This document shows, in pieces, positions 8,950 through 18,145 of a stretch of DNA of 58,002 nt. The notes beneath the pieces were generated by a model. It was not told the origin of the DNA, did not search any database, and worked only from the letters and a program-made list of their open reading frames with translations. Both the position numbers and the translations under genes were made by a program. Source of the DNA: a virus (Duplodnaviria > Heunggongvirae > Uroviricota > Caudoviricetes); IMG/VR virus record IMGVR_UViG_2915331061_000005, one strand, 5' to 3'. The stretch's first letter is position 1; each line of letters begins with the position of its first letter.

Positions 8950-10128
8950 TTAAATTTTGATGCTGGAAACATCTAATTCACCAGACATGAGTTTTGGAAG
9001 AAGTTCATCTCTGAGTTCAGCCAATCTATGGGCTTCAATCCTATTTGAAATTATTAAGTCAAATATAGGGTTCATAATAGAACGAATATTTTGATATGCT
9101 ATATCTGAAGGAATAAGAACTTCTGCTTTTGCGAGTTCTTCACGCTTGATATGTCCCATAGTTGTTGCTTTATCGGCAGCAATGGCAATAAATCGGTCAA
9201 GGTGGTGCGCAGTCCACAAATAATAGAACCACTTATCGTAGGCCTTAGAGGTAACCTTGAAGAGATGCTGATTCAAGCCGCAGGTTCCCCCACACCAGAT
9301 ATCCACAAGCAAGCTACCCGACCAAGAGAATACAACATCACCGTCTTTGATGATGTACTCAGATTTGATACCGGGAGAACAAAGTTCACTATCAGCATCG
9401 CAGAAGCCCTGTCGAAGCTCTTTAATCTTCAATACAGGAAGCCCTGTTTCACGCTCATCTGGGCGAAACTTCTGCATTGCAAGGCCATTTAGATAGCTGG
9501 CAATATCCAAAAGACTACCCTTTTCCCACCCAGTTGGAATTGTGTCAATATTGATAAAGTAATTAGAGAAAATTGCTTTAGCTTGGGCATATAAATTATC
9601 GTTTACCCTTTCATTCAAAGCAATCTTATCATCAAGTTCAGCTAGAAAACGACCAATCTTCTCCTGTTCTGGCAGCTTTGGAACAGTTAATTCGAGATTT
9701 TCAAGGACAAGTTGCTGAACTCTTTGCCTTCCAGAAGAGCCAACCATTGACCTAATCGCAACATTTCTAAATTCCGGGCTTGTTGCAAGATAGTATACAA
9801 ATTGTGAGTCACTCACACCCGGTTTGGCTCGAAGAACAATAAATTCAGTAGAACCAAATGCGATTTCGTTTTCTTTCAAGCAATCAACGAATGCTGTTTT
9901 CCCATTTTCCAAACAGGGGGTAATTCTCGCCATTATAGTATCGCCATTTGCAAACTTTGTTCCACCCGAAAACTCTGCCTGCTCAACACTCGGAACGACT
10001 TTCGTAAATGGTCGTAGCTTATCCATAGATATTTTGGTTGCGACTGTTCCCTTTTTAATGCTCAATCGAGGATTGAAGTCCATGAAATCAGCCGCCCGAA
10101 CAGTTTGCCACTCAGATTTCATATCCAA
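8950..10128 (-). CDS. hsdS: Type I R-M specificity subunit
   Basis: 392 aa, two TRDs; GSTEFIVLR, P-x-L-x-EQ-x-KI, LAELRDELLPKLMSGE. Confidence 0.95.
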   Translation of the reverse strand: MDMKSEWQTVRAADFMDFNPRLSIKKGTVATKISMDKLRPFTKVVPSVEQAEFSGGTKFANGDTIMARITPCLENGKTAFVDCLKENEIAFGSTEFIVLRAKPGVSDSQFVYYLATSPEFRNVAIRSMVGSSGRQRVQQLVLENLELTVPKLPEQEKIGRFLAELDDKIALNERVNDNLYAQAKAIFSNYFINIDTIPTGWEKGSLLDIASYLNGLAMQKFRPDERETGLPVLKIKELRQGFCDADSELCSPGIKSEYIIKDGDVVFSWSGSLLVDIWCGGTCGLNQHLFKVTSKAYDKWFYYLWTAHHLDRFIAIAADKATTMGHIKREELAKAEVLIPSDIAYQNIRSIMNPIFDLIISNRIEAHRLAELRDELLPKLMSGELDVSSIKI

Positions 10129-11656
10129 TCGCCCCCAGCTTCTCCTTGATTTCCGCTTCCAGTTTGTGCGACTGTACGAACAAATCCGACAGTTCCGAAG
10201 TCAGGCGTGCCATTTTTTCCTCAAAGGGTTCGCCATCGTCCTGCTGTTCCTCGATGCCAACGTAACGCCCCGGTGTCAAAATGTAGTCCTGCTTTGCAAT
10301 TTCTTCTGTGGTGGCAGCAACACAGAAACCCTTTACATTCTCCAATGTACCCGCAACATAGGCGTTGTAGGTGTCGGCAATCTTTTTGATGTCATTTTTT
10401 AATGTGCCATCTTCATTTTTGTATTCTTCTTTTGTCCCATCCGTCAATTCACGCAACTTGCGGCTTACCATAACACCCATCTTCCGAGCGTCAATGAACA
10501 GAGTTTTACCGGGCTGCTTTTTGCGTTTGGAGATGAACCAGAGCGAAACGGGAATCTGGGTCGTATAGAAAAGCTGCGTTGGCATGGCAATAATGCAGTC
10601 CACCAAATCAGCATTCACAATGTTCTTGCGAATCTCGCCCTCACCGCCGGACTGGGAGGACAGGGAACCGTTTGCCAAAACCATGCCCATCCGACCGCCG
10701 GGCGCAAGGTGATAAATCATGTGCTGAAGCCATGCAAAGTTGGCATTGCCAGCCGGCGGCATACCATATTGCCAACGCACATCATCTTTGAGCTGCTCTG
10801 CGCCCCAGTTGGACAGGTTGAACGGCGGATTTGCCATGATATAATCTGCGCGCATGGTGGGGTGCTGGTCGTCAAGGAAAGTGTCAGCCGCATACTTGCC
10901 GAGGTCAGGTTCGATTCCACGGATGGCAAGGTTCATCTGCGCCAGCTTCCACGTTGTAGGGTTAGAATCCTGACCGTAAATCGAAATATCGTTGATATTT
11001 CCACTATGGTTCTCTACAAATTTTGCAGACTGAACAAACATACCACCACTGCCGCAGCAAGGGTCATACACTCGTCCCTTAAACGGTTGCAGCACTTCCA
11101 CCAGCGTCCGCACAACGCAGGACGGTGTAAAGAATTCGCCTCCGCGCTTTCCTTCCTGCTCTGCAAACATCGACAGGCAGTATTCATAAGTGCGTCCCAG
11201 AATGTCCTTTTCGCTGCCGTGTTCAATCATTTTGATGTTCGTAAACAGGTCAACGACTTCGCCCAACCGACGTTTATCCAGTTCTGGACGCGCAAAATTC
11301 TTCGGCAGAATATCTTTTAGGCGCGCGTTTTCTTTTTCGATAGCGCGCATTGCATCGTCAATTACCTGACCGATTTCCGGGTCATGTGCCTTTGCCGAAA
11401 CATCGCTCCAACGCGCACCAGCAGGCACAAAGAAAATTCCTTCCGATGTGTACTCGTCACGATCTTCCTCAAAGCCATCACCGTCTGCAACCAGCTGATT
11501 GTACTTATCTTCAAAACGATCCGAAATATATTTCAAGAAAATAAGACCAAGGACGACACCCTTATACTCTGAAGCATCCATATTGCCTCGAAGCACGCAG
11601 GCCGCATTCCAAATCTGTTTTTCAAATCCAATGTCGGCGGTGTTTTTCTCTGCCAT
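10112..11656 (-). CDS. hsdM: Type I R-M m6A methyltransferase
   Basis: 514 aa; GEFFTP, YDPCCGSGG, NPPF motifs. Confidence 0.97.
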   Translation of the reverse strand: MAEKNTADIGFEKQIWNAACVLRGNMDASEYKGVVLGLIFLKYISDRFEDKYNQLVADGDGFEEDRDEYTSEGIFFVPAGARWSDVSAKAHDPEIGQVIDDAMRAIEKENARLKDILPKNFARPELDKRRLGEVVDLFTNIKMIEHGSEKDILGRTYEYCLSMFAEQEGKRGGEFFTPSCVVRTLVEVLQPFKGRVYDPCCGSGGMFVQSAKFVENHSGNINDISIYGQDSNPTTWKLAQMNLAIRGIEPDLGKYAADTFLDDQHPTMRADYIMANPPFNLSNWGAEQLKDDVRWQYGMPPAGNANFAWLQHMIYHLAPGGRMGMVLANGSLSSQSGGEGEIRKNIVNADLVDCIIAMPTQLFYTTQIPVSLWFISKRKKQPGKTLFIDARKMGVMVSRKLRELTDGTKEEYKNEDGTLKNDIKKIADTYNAYVAGTLENVKGFCVAATTEEIAKQDYILTPGRYVGIEEQQDDGEPFEEKMARLTSELSDLFVQSHKLEAEIKEKLGAIGYEI

Positions 11657-12344
11657 GGTTCAATACCTCCGTTTTAGCTCAACAAATTCTGCTTTGAGTA
11701 TAGCACAGATGTGCTGATTTTCCAATTTGTGCGCATAAATTCTTTGCAAGATGCTTCAATTTCCAGTAGATAAGTCCTACTATTACCGCTTTAGCACAAT
11801 AAATTTTACAAAACCATCTTGACGCACCCTGCAAACCATGATATTCTCTGTCACAAATCCCACCGATTTTGTGGATTGCTTTGAAACCATCCACAAGATG
11901 TGGTCGTGTTCATTTTGAACACTGCCTCGCCGTGGATCATCCCTGAAAGATTAACCGCCCCGCAACACACCCGATTCATTTTGCCGCCGATTCACCCGAC
12001 AAAATCATCGCTGCGCTGCGTGGGCGGTATTTTTCTTTTACGGGAGCTGCACCTTGAAAATTTCATGAGCCGACCGGACGTGATACCGACTTTCCGTCAA
12101 CGCCGTTGCACAAACAGGGGCAGGAACTTCGTTCGGAGCAAACGGCGATTCTCATACATGAGCAGGACAACCTCTACTTATTTTTGTGTCTTAACAATTC
12201 GGAAACAATCACTGAAAATACGTTTTGAGCGCAGCGGTAGAGGGCAAGAACCGTCCCGTGGCCACAAATTTTCAATTCTTGAAAATTTTCTGTCCATCCG
12301 GGACTTCACTTCTACAATGCGTCTGCATTTCCGAAGTGATCTTG

Positions 12345-12364
12345 TTGGGGCGTGCCTGCCCCAA
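12345..12364. promoter_or_regulatory. Candidate oriT hairpin
   Basis: ttggggc-gtgcct-gccccaa inverted repeat ~100 bp upstream of mobC; position typical of oriT in MobC/relaxase modules (inference). Confidence 0.35.
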
Positions 12365-12460
12365 ACCCTGCTCATGGTTCGCACCTGACGGTGCGAACAG
12401 CAACGGCGTGTCGTGCTTACATAACTTCACCGAGGAGTTATCGAACAGACAGGAGGTACA

Positions 12461-12895
12461 ATGACCAAAACGAATGTTCAATCGACCTCTAGCAATTCCC
12501 AGCACCACGACACGCCGAACATCAAAACGCACGTCATCAAGTTCCGGGTAACGGAAAATGAAAAACTGGAACTCGAATGTACTGCAAAACTCCTGAATCT
12601 CTCCCTCTCCACTTTTATCCGCCGTGCCATCCACAATGTCAAGATCGAGAAAACAGTCATCGTTGCCGACGGCGGAGAAGAAGCCTTGACCGCCGTTTCC
12701 ACCCTGCTTGCTCAGTGCAGCAAGGTGGGCACCAACCTCAACCAGCTTGCAAGGCACTTCAACTCCGGCGGTGCAGACACCGAGCAGATTCGAGCGAAAA
12801 TCCTTGACGAACTTGCAGACCTGACCGCATTCCGGCTCAGCGCCGAGAAAGTTCTGGGTGAACTGTATGGCAACGCTCAAGCATATCGCCTCTAA
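12461..12895 (+). CDS. mobC: Plasmid mobilization relaxosome protein MobC
   Basis: RHH-like N-terminus (IKFRVTENEK...LSTFIRRA) and KVGTNLNQLARHFN motif; overlaps the relaxase start. Confidence 0.9.
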   Translation: MTKTNVQSTSSNSQHHDTPNIKTHVIKFRVTENEKLELECTAKLLNLSLSTFIRRAIHNVKIEKTVIVADGGEEALTAVSTLLAQCSKVGTNLNQLARHFNSGGADTEQIRAKILDELADLTAFRLSAEKVLGELYGNAQAYRL

Positions 12896-13610
12896 AAACT
12901 CGGACTACACCGCCATCGAAGCGTACCTCGTTTACCAGCACGACGCGTTCACCGGAAAGCAACTTCTGGATGAACAGGGCAAGCCGAAGCTGCGGGATTC
13001 GTACCTGCTCGACACCCTTGAGTGTGGCGATTTCTCGTTTGCAACAGCCTGTCTGCTGGCAAACCGCAAGTATGGTAAGAACACCCAGCACGGTGATATC
13101 AAAAGTCACCAGTATATCATCAGCTTTGACCCACGCGATGCAGCCGACAACGGCTTGACCATGGAAAAGGCACAGGCACTTGGCCTGAAATTCTGCGAAG
13201 AAAACCTCCCCGGTCATCCTGCCATCGTCTGCACTCACCCGGATGGGCACAACCATTCGGGAAACATCCATGTCCACATCGTGATCGGCAGCATCCGAAT
13301 GCGCGAGGTGGAACGCAAGCCCTATATGCAGAAGCCCCGTGACTGGCTAGAGGGCATGAAGCACTCCAGCACTGCCCAGACTATGCGGCACTTGCGTGTC
13401 GAGGTCATGGAGTTGTGCGAGGGTGCCGGACTGTACCAGATTGACCTGCTCAACGGCTCCAAGGAGCGCGTGAGCGAAGCCGAGTATTGGGCGCGCAGGC
13501 GGGGCCAGTTGGATCAACGTGACCGTTGGAATATCCCGCAGACCCTGCTCGTAGCGGTTATACAGCGACTGCGGCATTTTCAGAATCGAAGCAAGCTGCC
13601 GCTGCGTTAG
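12867..13610 (+). pseudogene. Relaxase/mobilization nuclease, 3'-truncated at ~13508
   Basis: KSHQYIISF and HTHPDGHNHSGNIHVHIVI HUH motifs. After EYWARRRGQL the frame runs into the antisense strand of an HTH gene. Confidence 0.85.
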
Positions 13611-13655
13611 ATCATGATCTTCGCGCATATCGCGTATTCGACGATAGTAGGCCAT
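13503..13655 (-). pseudogene. XRE-family HTH regulator, 3'-truncated
   Basis: RBS CAGGAGG; MAYYRRIRDMREDHDLTQRQLASILKMPQSLYNRYEQGLRDIPTVTLIQLA, then fused to antisense relaxase sequence. Confidence 0.8.
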
Positions 13656-13668
13656 GAAAACGTCCTCC

Positions 13669-13752
13669 TGATATCTAAATGGATATCTTGACAATACCGC
13701 AACATGGTGCTATGCTGAATCTATGATATCCATTCGGATATCAGGCGATATC
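13669..13752 (+). promoter_or_regulatory. Promoter of the lipoprotein gene with two palindromic operators
   Basis: TTGACA (13688) - 17 nt - TGnTATGCT (13711). GATATC occurs 5 times; TGATATCC-ATTC-GGATATCA (13724-13743) is a perfect inverted repeat and TGATATCT-AAAT-GGATATCT a near copy. Confidence 0.65.
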
Positions 13753-13781
13753 GGAAATGTTGATGTTAAGGAGAACTCACA

Positions 13782-15218
13782 ATGAAAAAGATCGTAGCCG
13801 GACTACTGCTCATGACGTTTCTGTTGAGCGGCTGTTCGCAGGACAACAAAAGTTTTTCGGAGATGGTAGACGCAAAGAAAAACAAAGATGTACGGTCTCC
13901 GTCTCCCAGTATCTGGATTCCGTCCGGTGCAAGCGAATCGGCACAAACAGAACCCGCCGCTTCTGAAACGGCGCAGAGCAAAAGCTCTAAATGGCTGACA
14001 TTTGAAGATGGTTCCGAATTCGATTCGTGTTACTTGGAGTATCCCGATTTTGGGAAGTATCCCAATTTTCCGGGGATCTCTGTCGGGTATTTTTTTGATG
14101 CAGATGGGAACAAGCGGAATTTTTTATTCGATGCCTTTGGAAAGGTACGCCATATATTCGATAAAGACATCTACGTTGCTTCGGGTTTTTACGATGGAAT
14201 GTGCCTGACCAACACCGGGCGGATGGCCGGAGCGGATGGAACGCTATTCTGGCCCGTCGAGCTATCCAGCGACGATGTCATCATTCGGTACGCAAAAGAC
14301 GATGAGCTGCCCATCCTCTGGACTGTGCGAAGAGAAGATTCCATCCTTGGGACAAAGGTAGTCTTTACCGCTTGGGTAAAGGATGAGGCAACCAGCTCAC
14401 TGAAGGTCTATTTTCAGTTTGACACCTCACAAGAAGAGTTCGAGGGTATGAATGCGGATGATATTTACAAGACCATGACCGAGAATAGCGGGCGCTTCAC
14501 CTATTCCGGAAACGGGGTTTATCGAATCAAGCCCTTGTCCTACTCCGACCGTATCGTATTCGAGAGCGTTTACAAGGGAACCAGCGAAGCCAGCAGCAAA
14601 TATTTTCTTGAGTATTCGGGTGGGCATGGAACGATCCTGTATCTTTCGGTGCGCAATGCAAACTTGGAAACTTTGCCGGGATGGAACAACATCATGTCCC
14701 ATCGCAGCGGATATCCTCAAATGCGTGAGGGCCTGATTTTTATGGACGCCCAAACCAACGAGGCAAACGCACGTTATTATCCGGCTGGATTTTACGATGT
14801 GAATTTGAACTGCGTAATCGACCTGAGCCAGTATGACATTGTCCCCATCTCGTATAACGACCCCTGCTTTATGAATGGATACGCCGTTTTGCAAATGCGG
14901 AATCCGGATGGTGTGCCATTTTGGGGTGTGTTGAAAAAAGACGGAACTTGGAGCGCAGAACCGCAAAAAGGAACCGTACGCTATGTTTTTCCCACAGCGG
15001 ACGGCGTCTTGATAAGCACACGGGATGAAAATGCAGAAACGTTTCAGACGTATCTGCAGGATGGAACCTTGCTGTCCGGATGGGAGAACAATGAATTTTC
15101 CGGCCCCTATGGTTATGCGTCAGAGGGCTGGGAAGTCTGCGATGGTTACTTATACACCAATTTAAGCGGACACATTGCGAAAATCGCCAGCGACGGAAGC
15201 TACGAGTATCTTTCCTAA
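13782..15218 (+). CDS. Lipoprotein of unknown function (WG-repeat/beta-propeller-like)
   Basis: MKK + hydrophobic stretch + LSGC lipobox, Ser/Thr-rich linker, WG-repeat-like units (GFYDVN, FMNGYAVLQ, FWGVLKKDGTW). Confidence 0.8.
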   Translation: MKKIVAGLLLMTFLLSGCSQDNKSFSEMVDAKKNKDVRSPSPSIWIPSGASESAQTEPAASETAQSKSSKWLTFEDGSEFDSCYLEYPDFGKYPNFPGISVGYFFDADGNKRNFLFDAFGKVRHIFDKDIYVASGFYDGMCLTNTGRMAGADGTLFWPVELSSDDVIIRYAKDDELPILWTVRREDSILGTKVVFTAWVKDEATSSLKVYFQFDTSQEEFEGMNADDIYKTMTENSGRFTYSGNGVYRIKPLSYSDRIVFESVYKGTSEASSKYFLEYSGGHGTILYLSVRNANLETLPGWNNIMSHRSGYPQMREGLIFMDAQTNEANARYYPAGFYDVNLNCVIDLSQYDIVPISYNDPCFMNGYAVLQMRNPDGVPFWGVLKKDGTWSAEPQKGTVRYVFPTADGVLISTRDENAETFQTYLQDGTLLSGWENNEFSGPYGYASEGWEVCDGYLYTNLSGHIAKIASDGSYEYLS

Positions 15219-15228
15219 GCGCAACAAA

Positions 15229-15273
15229 AACAGCCCCTCCTCTGCCGTTGCTTACAGCAGAGGAGGGGCTGTT
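15229..15273. terminator. Bidirectional terminator hairpin
   Basis: 17-bp perfect inverted repeat aacagcccctcctctgc / gcagaggaggggctgtt between convergent genes. Confidence 0.85.
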
Positions 15274-15356
15274 CGTATGTTCCGGACATGGCTGTGGAAC
15301 ACACCGGGATAAAATGAAGAAGGTATTGGTATAATCGGAGATGTCGTGAGAAGAGT

Positions 15357-16035
15357 TTAGGCAAACAGTGCAAGGATCTTGGGGATCTGGGTGGACAGGC
15401 CGGAAATGGTCATGATGACCGCAAAGACGTAGCTGATGGTCATGCAGATCCGCAGACCCGTGGGCTTTTTGTAGCCTTCGCTGAGGTCATTGCGCCAGAT
15501 CATCAGCAGCATGAACAAGCCACCAAAAGGCGTAGCGATGGAGGTGGCGATATTGGCCATCAAGATCAGCTGGGTGGGAGAACCACCGTAGCTGTAGCAG
15601 ACGATCATGGCAAAAGCCAGACAGGCAAGGCAGCCGTACCGGATGAACTTGCTTTCAAGGCTGACGTCCTTGTTCAGACCAGCCCCCAGCAGGACCATGC
15701 CGCGCTGGGTGTTGGCCAGCAGGGAGGAGAAGCCTGCGCCCAGCAACGCCAGACCCATGATATACCGGGCACTGTCGCCCATGATGGGCACCAGCATCTC
15801 TGCCAGCTGAGCCGGAGCCTTGATGCTCAGGCCCTGCGGGTGCAGCACAACAGCGCCCACCAGCACGATGGCACCGGAGATCAGGGTCACACTGATGATA
15901 TGGGTGATGGCATCCGTCAGCATCACGCCGTTGAACAGGTCGTCTTTCTTCCACTTTTTCTCTTTGCCCAGATAGGTGCCGTAAATGCCTGCGGTGACCG
16001 CAGCGTTGGTGGAGATGAACGCCAGCGCCGTGCCG
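15357..16035 (-). pseudogene. NRAMP-family divalent metal transporter, C-terminal part only
   Basis: Multiple TM segments, GAVVLHPQG, ALLGAGFSSLLAN, PTQLILMAN. The N-terminal region with the DPG motif is absent and the sequence begins abruptly downstream of a terminator. Confidence 0.75.
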
Positions 16036-16109
16036 AGGCATCCGGCTTGGAGCTGCGGGGGACAGAGCAAGGAATGAAAAAATAACGCCAAAACGCCGTC
16101 CCAGTTGTT

Positions 16110-16379
16110 TCAGCAACGGCGTTTCTCTTGATTTTCTAGCCCATGGCTCCCAGCCACATTCTTCAAATATTCCTCCGAATTGCCATTCAGAATCAAATCG
16201 ACATAGCCCAGTGGGTCATTGTAGATGAGGTAGTCTAACTCCGACCTCTGCGCCATGGTTACATCCAGCGCATCCTCGACCCCGGTGCAATTGATGGAAA
16301 TTTTTCTTCCATCCCGGAGCAGCAGCTCCACGCAGCCGGTGTCCATGTTGAAATGGCAAGCTCTTGCATCGTACTTCAT
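16110..16379 (-). CDS. DUF6061-like small protein of Clostridial mobile elements
   Basis: MKYDARACHFNMDTGCVELLLRDG...ELDYLIYNDPLGY; good RBS; followed by hairpin 16091-16124. Confidence 0.7.
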   Translation of the reverse strand: MKYDARACHFNMDTGCVELLLRDGRKISINCTGVEDALDVTMAQRSELDYLIYNDPLGYVDLILNGNSEEYLKNVAGSHGLENQEKRRC

Positions 16380-16480
16380 GTTTGTGTCCTCCTGAAATCA
16401 TGTTGTGGCTTATGTCGGTCAATCTATGATTTCGGATTTCATCTTCCACGGACCCCTGCATTGAGCTTTCCGAAGAAAAC

Positions 16481-16526
16481 AAATAATCCGAACCCATCTC
16501 CTATCGGAAACAAGTTCGGATTATTT
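16481..16526. terminator. Hairpin adjacent to att junction B
   Basis: 13-bp inverted repeat aaataatccgaac / gttcggattattt. Confidence 0.65.
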
Positions 16527-16531
16527 TTGTT

Positions 16532-16564
16532 TGGTCCACCTTTTGCTCCCCCAGTCGAACTTTT
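16532..16564. other. Putative att junction B (TGGTCCA-N17-CGAACTTTT); boundary between IME and prophage
   Basis: Identical flanks and spacing to 374-406; lies between the last IME gene and the prophage lysis terminator. Confidence 0.6.
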
Positions 16565-16673
16565 CTATTTTTATCCTTCCGACCTATTTTTACATCGCAA
16601 TTCCCATTTTTCAGGCGAGAAAGACCATTTCCGTTGAATCTGTAACCAGTTTGTAATATTTGCGACAACAAAA

Positions 16674-16719
16674 AAAATCCCCCGCCAGCTTTCCTTTCGG
16701 ATTGCCAGCGGGGGATTTT
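16674..16719 (-). terminator. Terminator ending the late operon
   Basis: 12-bp inverted repeat aaaatcccccgc / gcgggggatttt with a U-tract on the minus strand. Confidence 0.8.
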
Positions 16720-16724
16720 GTCTG

Positions 16725-17057
16725 TTATTCTTCTGTGTAGCTGTTCTTGATGGGCAGTGCTTTGGCTCGGTTATACAATTCCGTACCCGTTCCGTTCCCT
16801 CCCAGCGCATGGTAGCTGTTGTAAAGATAGCCAATGTTCGTCAGGCCCACCGTGTCAATCCAACCTCTTGCGATGTAGTAATTGCACGATTGGTACAGGC
16901 GATCATGAAGGATTGCTTTCAAGCCGTCCTTCATGGCCTTGTTTTCATCCTTCTGTTCCTTGACTTTCTTTGAAAGTCTCCGGTACGCCAGCGTCAGGCC
17001 GCCAGCAACAATGCCGAAACCCCATTCCATCCAATACTTGATGATAAATTCCAGCAT
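16725..17057 (-). CDS. Holin-like/lysis-associated membrane protein
   Basis: N-terminal TM segment, coiled coil and YHALGGNG motif common in Bacillota phage lysis cassettes. Confidence 0.7.
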   Translation of the reverse strand: MLEFIIKYWMEWGFGIVAGGLTLAYRRLSKKVKEQKDENKAMKDGLKAILHDRLYQSCNYYIARGWIDTVGLTNIGYLYNSYHALGGNGTGTELYNRAKALPIKNSYTEE

Positions 17058-17060
17058 TGT

Positions 17061-17465
17061 TTACTCCTTGCGGCCGTTCTTGCCCTCCCCCACGTTACCG
17101 AAGTGGGCCACCGTCTGGGTGGTTTCTGTGGATTTCTTTTCCATGTAGTCTTCCAGCTTGTTTTTGGTGACATTGAACACCATCTGCACGATCCAGTCCA
17201 GCGTCTTCTCATTGATTGCCCAGTCCAGCCAGTCCGGGGTGTAGCCGCGCAGCACTGCAATAACGTGGGCTTTCTTTTCCGCACCCATGCCGGTGCCGAA
17301 CTTTTCCTCCGCGTTGACGATCCACTTATAAACCGTCTTTGCCACGAACAGGCCGTAGCCCAGACGGACCAGCCCCAGCGCAGCAACTACCGCGCCGACC
17401 GCCACAAGAATAGCTGCCAGCCATTCCGGGAAGATCATAAGAAACGATTTCAGAATATCCATCAT
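17061..17465 (-). CDS. Holin
   Basis: Hydrophobic N-terminus then AEEKFG-x-G-x-G-x-EKK pattern; adjacent to the endolysin. Confidence 0.7.
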   Translation of the reverse strand: MMDILKSFLMIFPEWLAAILVAVGAVVAALGLVRLGYGLFVAKTVYKWIVNAEEKFGTGMGAEKKAHVIAVLRGYTPDWLDWAINEKTLDWIVQMVFNVTKNKLEDYMEKKSTETTQTVAHFGNVGEGKNGRKE

Positions 17466-17493
17466 ATTGTTTTCCTCCTACTCTGCCGCCGGA

Positions 17494-17916
17494 TCAGCCC
17501 TTCCAGCGGCCCTTCGTGGCGCGAACATCCACATGAACAAAGGCACAGTTCCGCACGCCGGTCTTGATGGGATAGATGCCAATGCCGCCCTTGTTCGGCA
17601 TCAGCGTTTCCACATACTCTGCCAGCTTCGTGATAAGAATGCCTTGGATGTAGATGTCGGCCGCCTTTCCGTACTGGTGCTGACTGAATTTTGCACCGCC
17701 CACCTTCTTGCTCAGATTGTAGGCGGCAGTCCGGTATGCCGAGTTGATGATTACCGGCTTGCCGAAGTGGTCACGGACCTTCTGCAAAATCTTCACCAGT
17801 TCACTGTCGATAAAGATAGGATCAGACCCATCCTTGCAGCGAAACTCCTTCACCTTGAAATTCTTGGACAGGCTTTTTTCGCCGTCCCGTTCAAGGGAAT
17901 ACACGTTCAGTGCCAT
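17494..17916 (-). CDS. Endolysin, peptidase M15 family (catalytic domain only)
   Basis: NFKVKEFRCKDG, SAYRT, SQHQYGKAADI, FVHVDVR zinc-peptidase motifs; start at MALNV. Confidence 0.9.
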   Translation of the reverse strand: MALNVYSLERDGEKSLSKNFKVKEFRCKDGSDPIFIDSELVKILQKVRDHFGKPVIINSAYRTAAYNLSKKVGGAKFSQHQYGKAADIYIQGILITKLAEYVETLMPNKGGIGIYPIKTGVRNCAFVHVDVRATKGRWKG

Positions 17917-17975
17917 ACGATCACGCCCTTTCAAATAAAATGGGGCGCGGCTCCCGCCGCACCCCGCCCCTTTCC

Positions 17976-18092
17976 TCAGACCTCAACTTCCAGGTCTTTC
18001 AGAATCTGCTTGACCTCATCCCGGATGATTGCCGGAACCTGGTCAATGGTCTTCCTGCCCTTGATGATAAGGGTAGCATAGACAACTGCCAT
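17976..18092 (-). CDS. Small phage protein (CD1375/XkdX-like), 38 aa
   Basis: MAVVYATLIIKGRKTIDQVPAIIRDEVKQILKDLEVEV; RBS AAGGAGGTG. A longer GTG start at 18149 is possible. Not in the ORF track. Confidence 0.75.
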   Translation of the reverse strand: MAVVYATLIIKGRKTIDQVPAIIRDEVKQILKDLEVEV

Positions 18093-18145
18093 TACGTCCA
18101 CCTCCTTTTTTAGCAAAATTTTAAGCATCAGCTCACGAAGGACAC

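Larger units (their letters stand above)
374..16564. mobile_element. Decayed integrative mobilizable element / defence island (~16.2 kb)
   Basis: Serine recombinase at one end, mobC plus truncated relaxase, matching att-like motifs at both ends, defence cargo, two deletion scars. Confidence 0.7.

Noticed and set aside
8950-10128. Phase-variable hsdS shufflon
   Set aside because: Only one hsdS, with no silent partial copies, inverted repeats or adjacent invertase.
11900-12388. 162-aa ORF between hsdM and mobC
   Set aside because: No RBS or motifs; overlaps the probable oriT and regulatory region.
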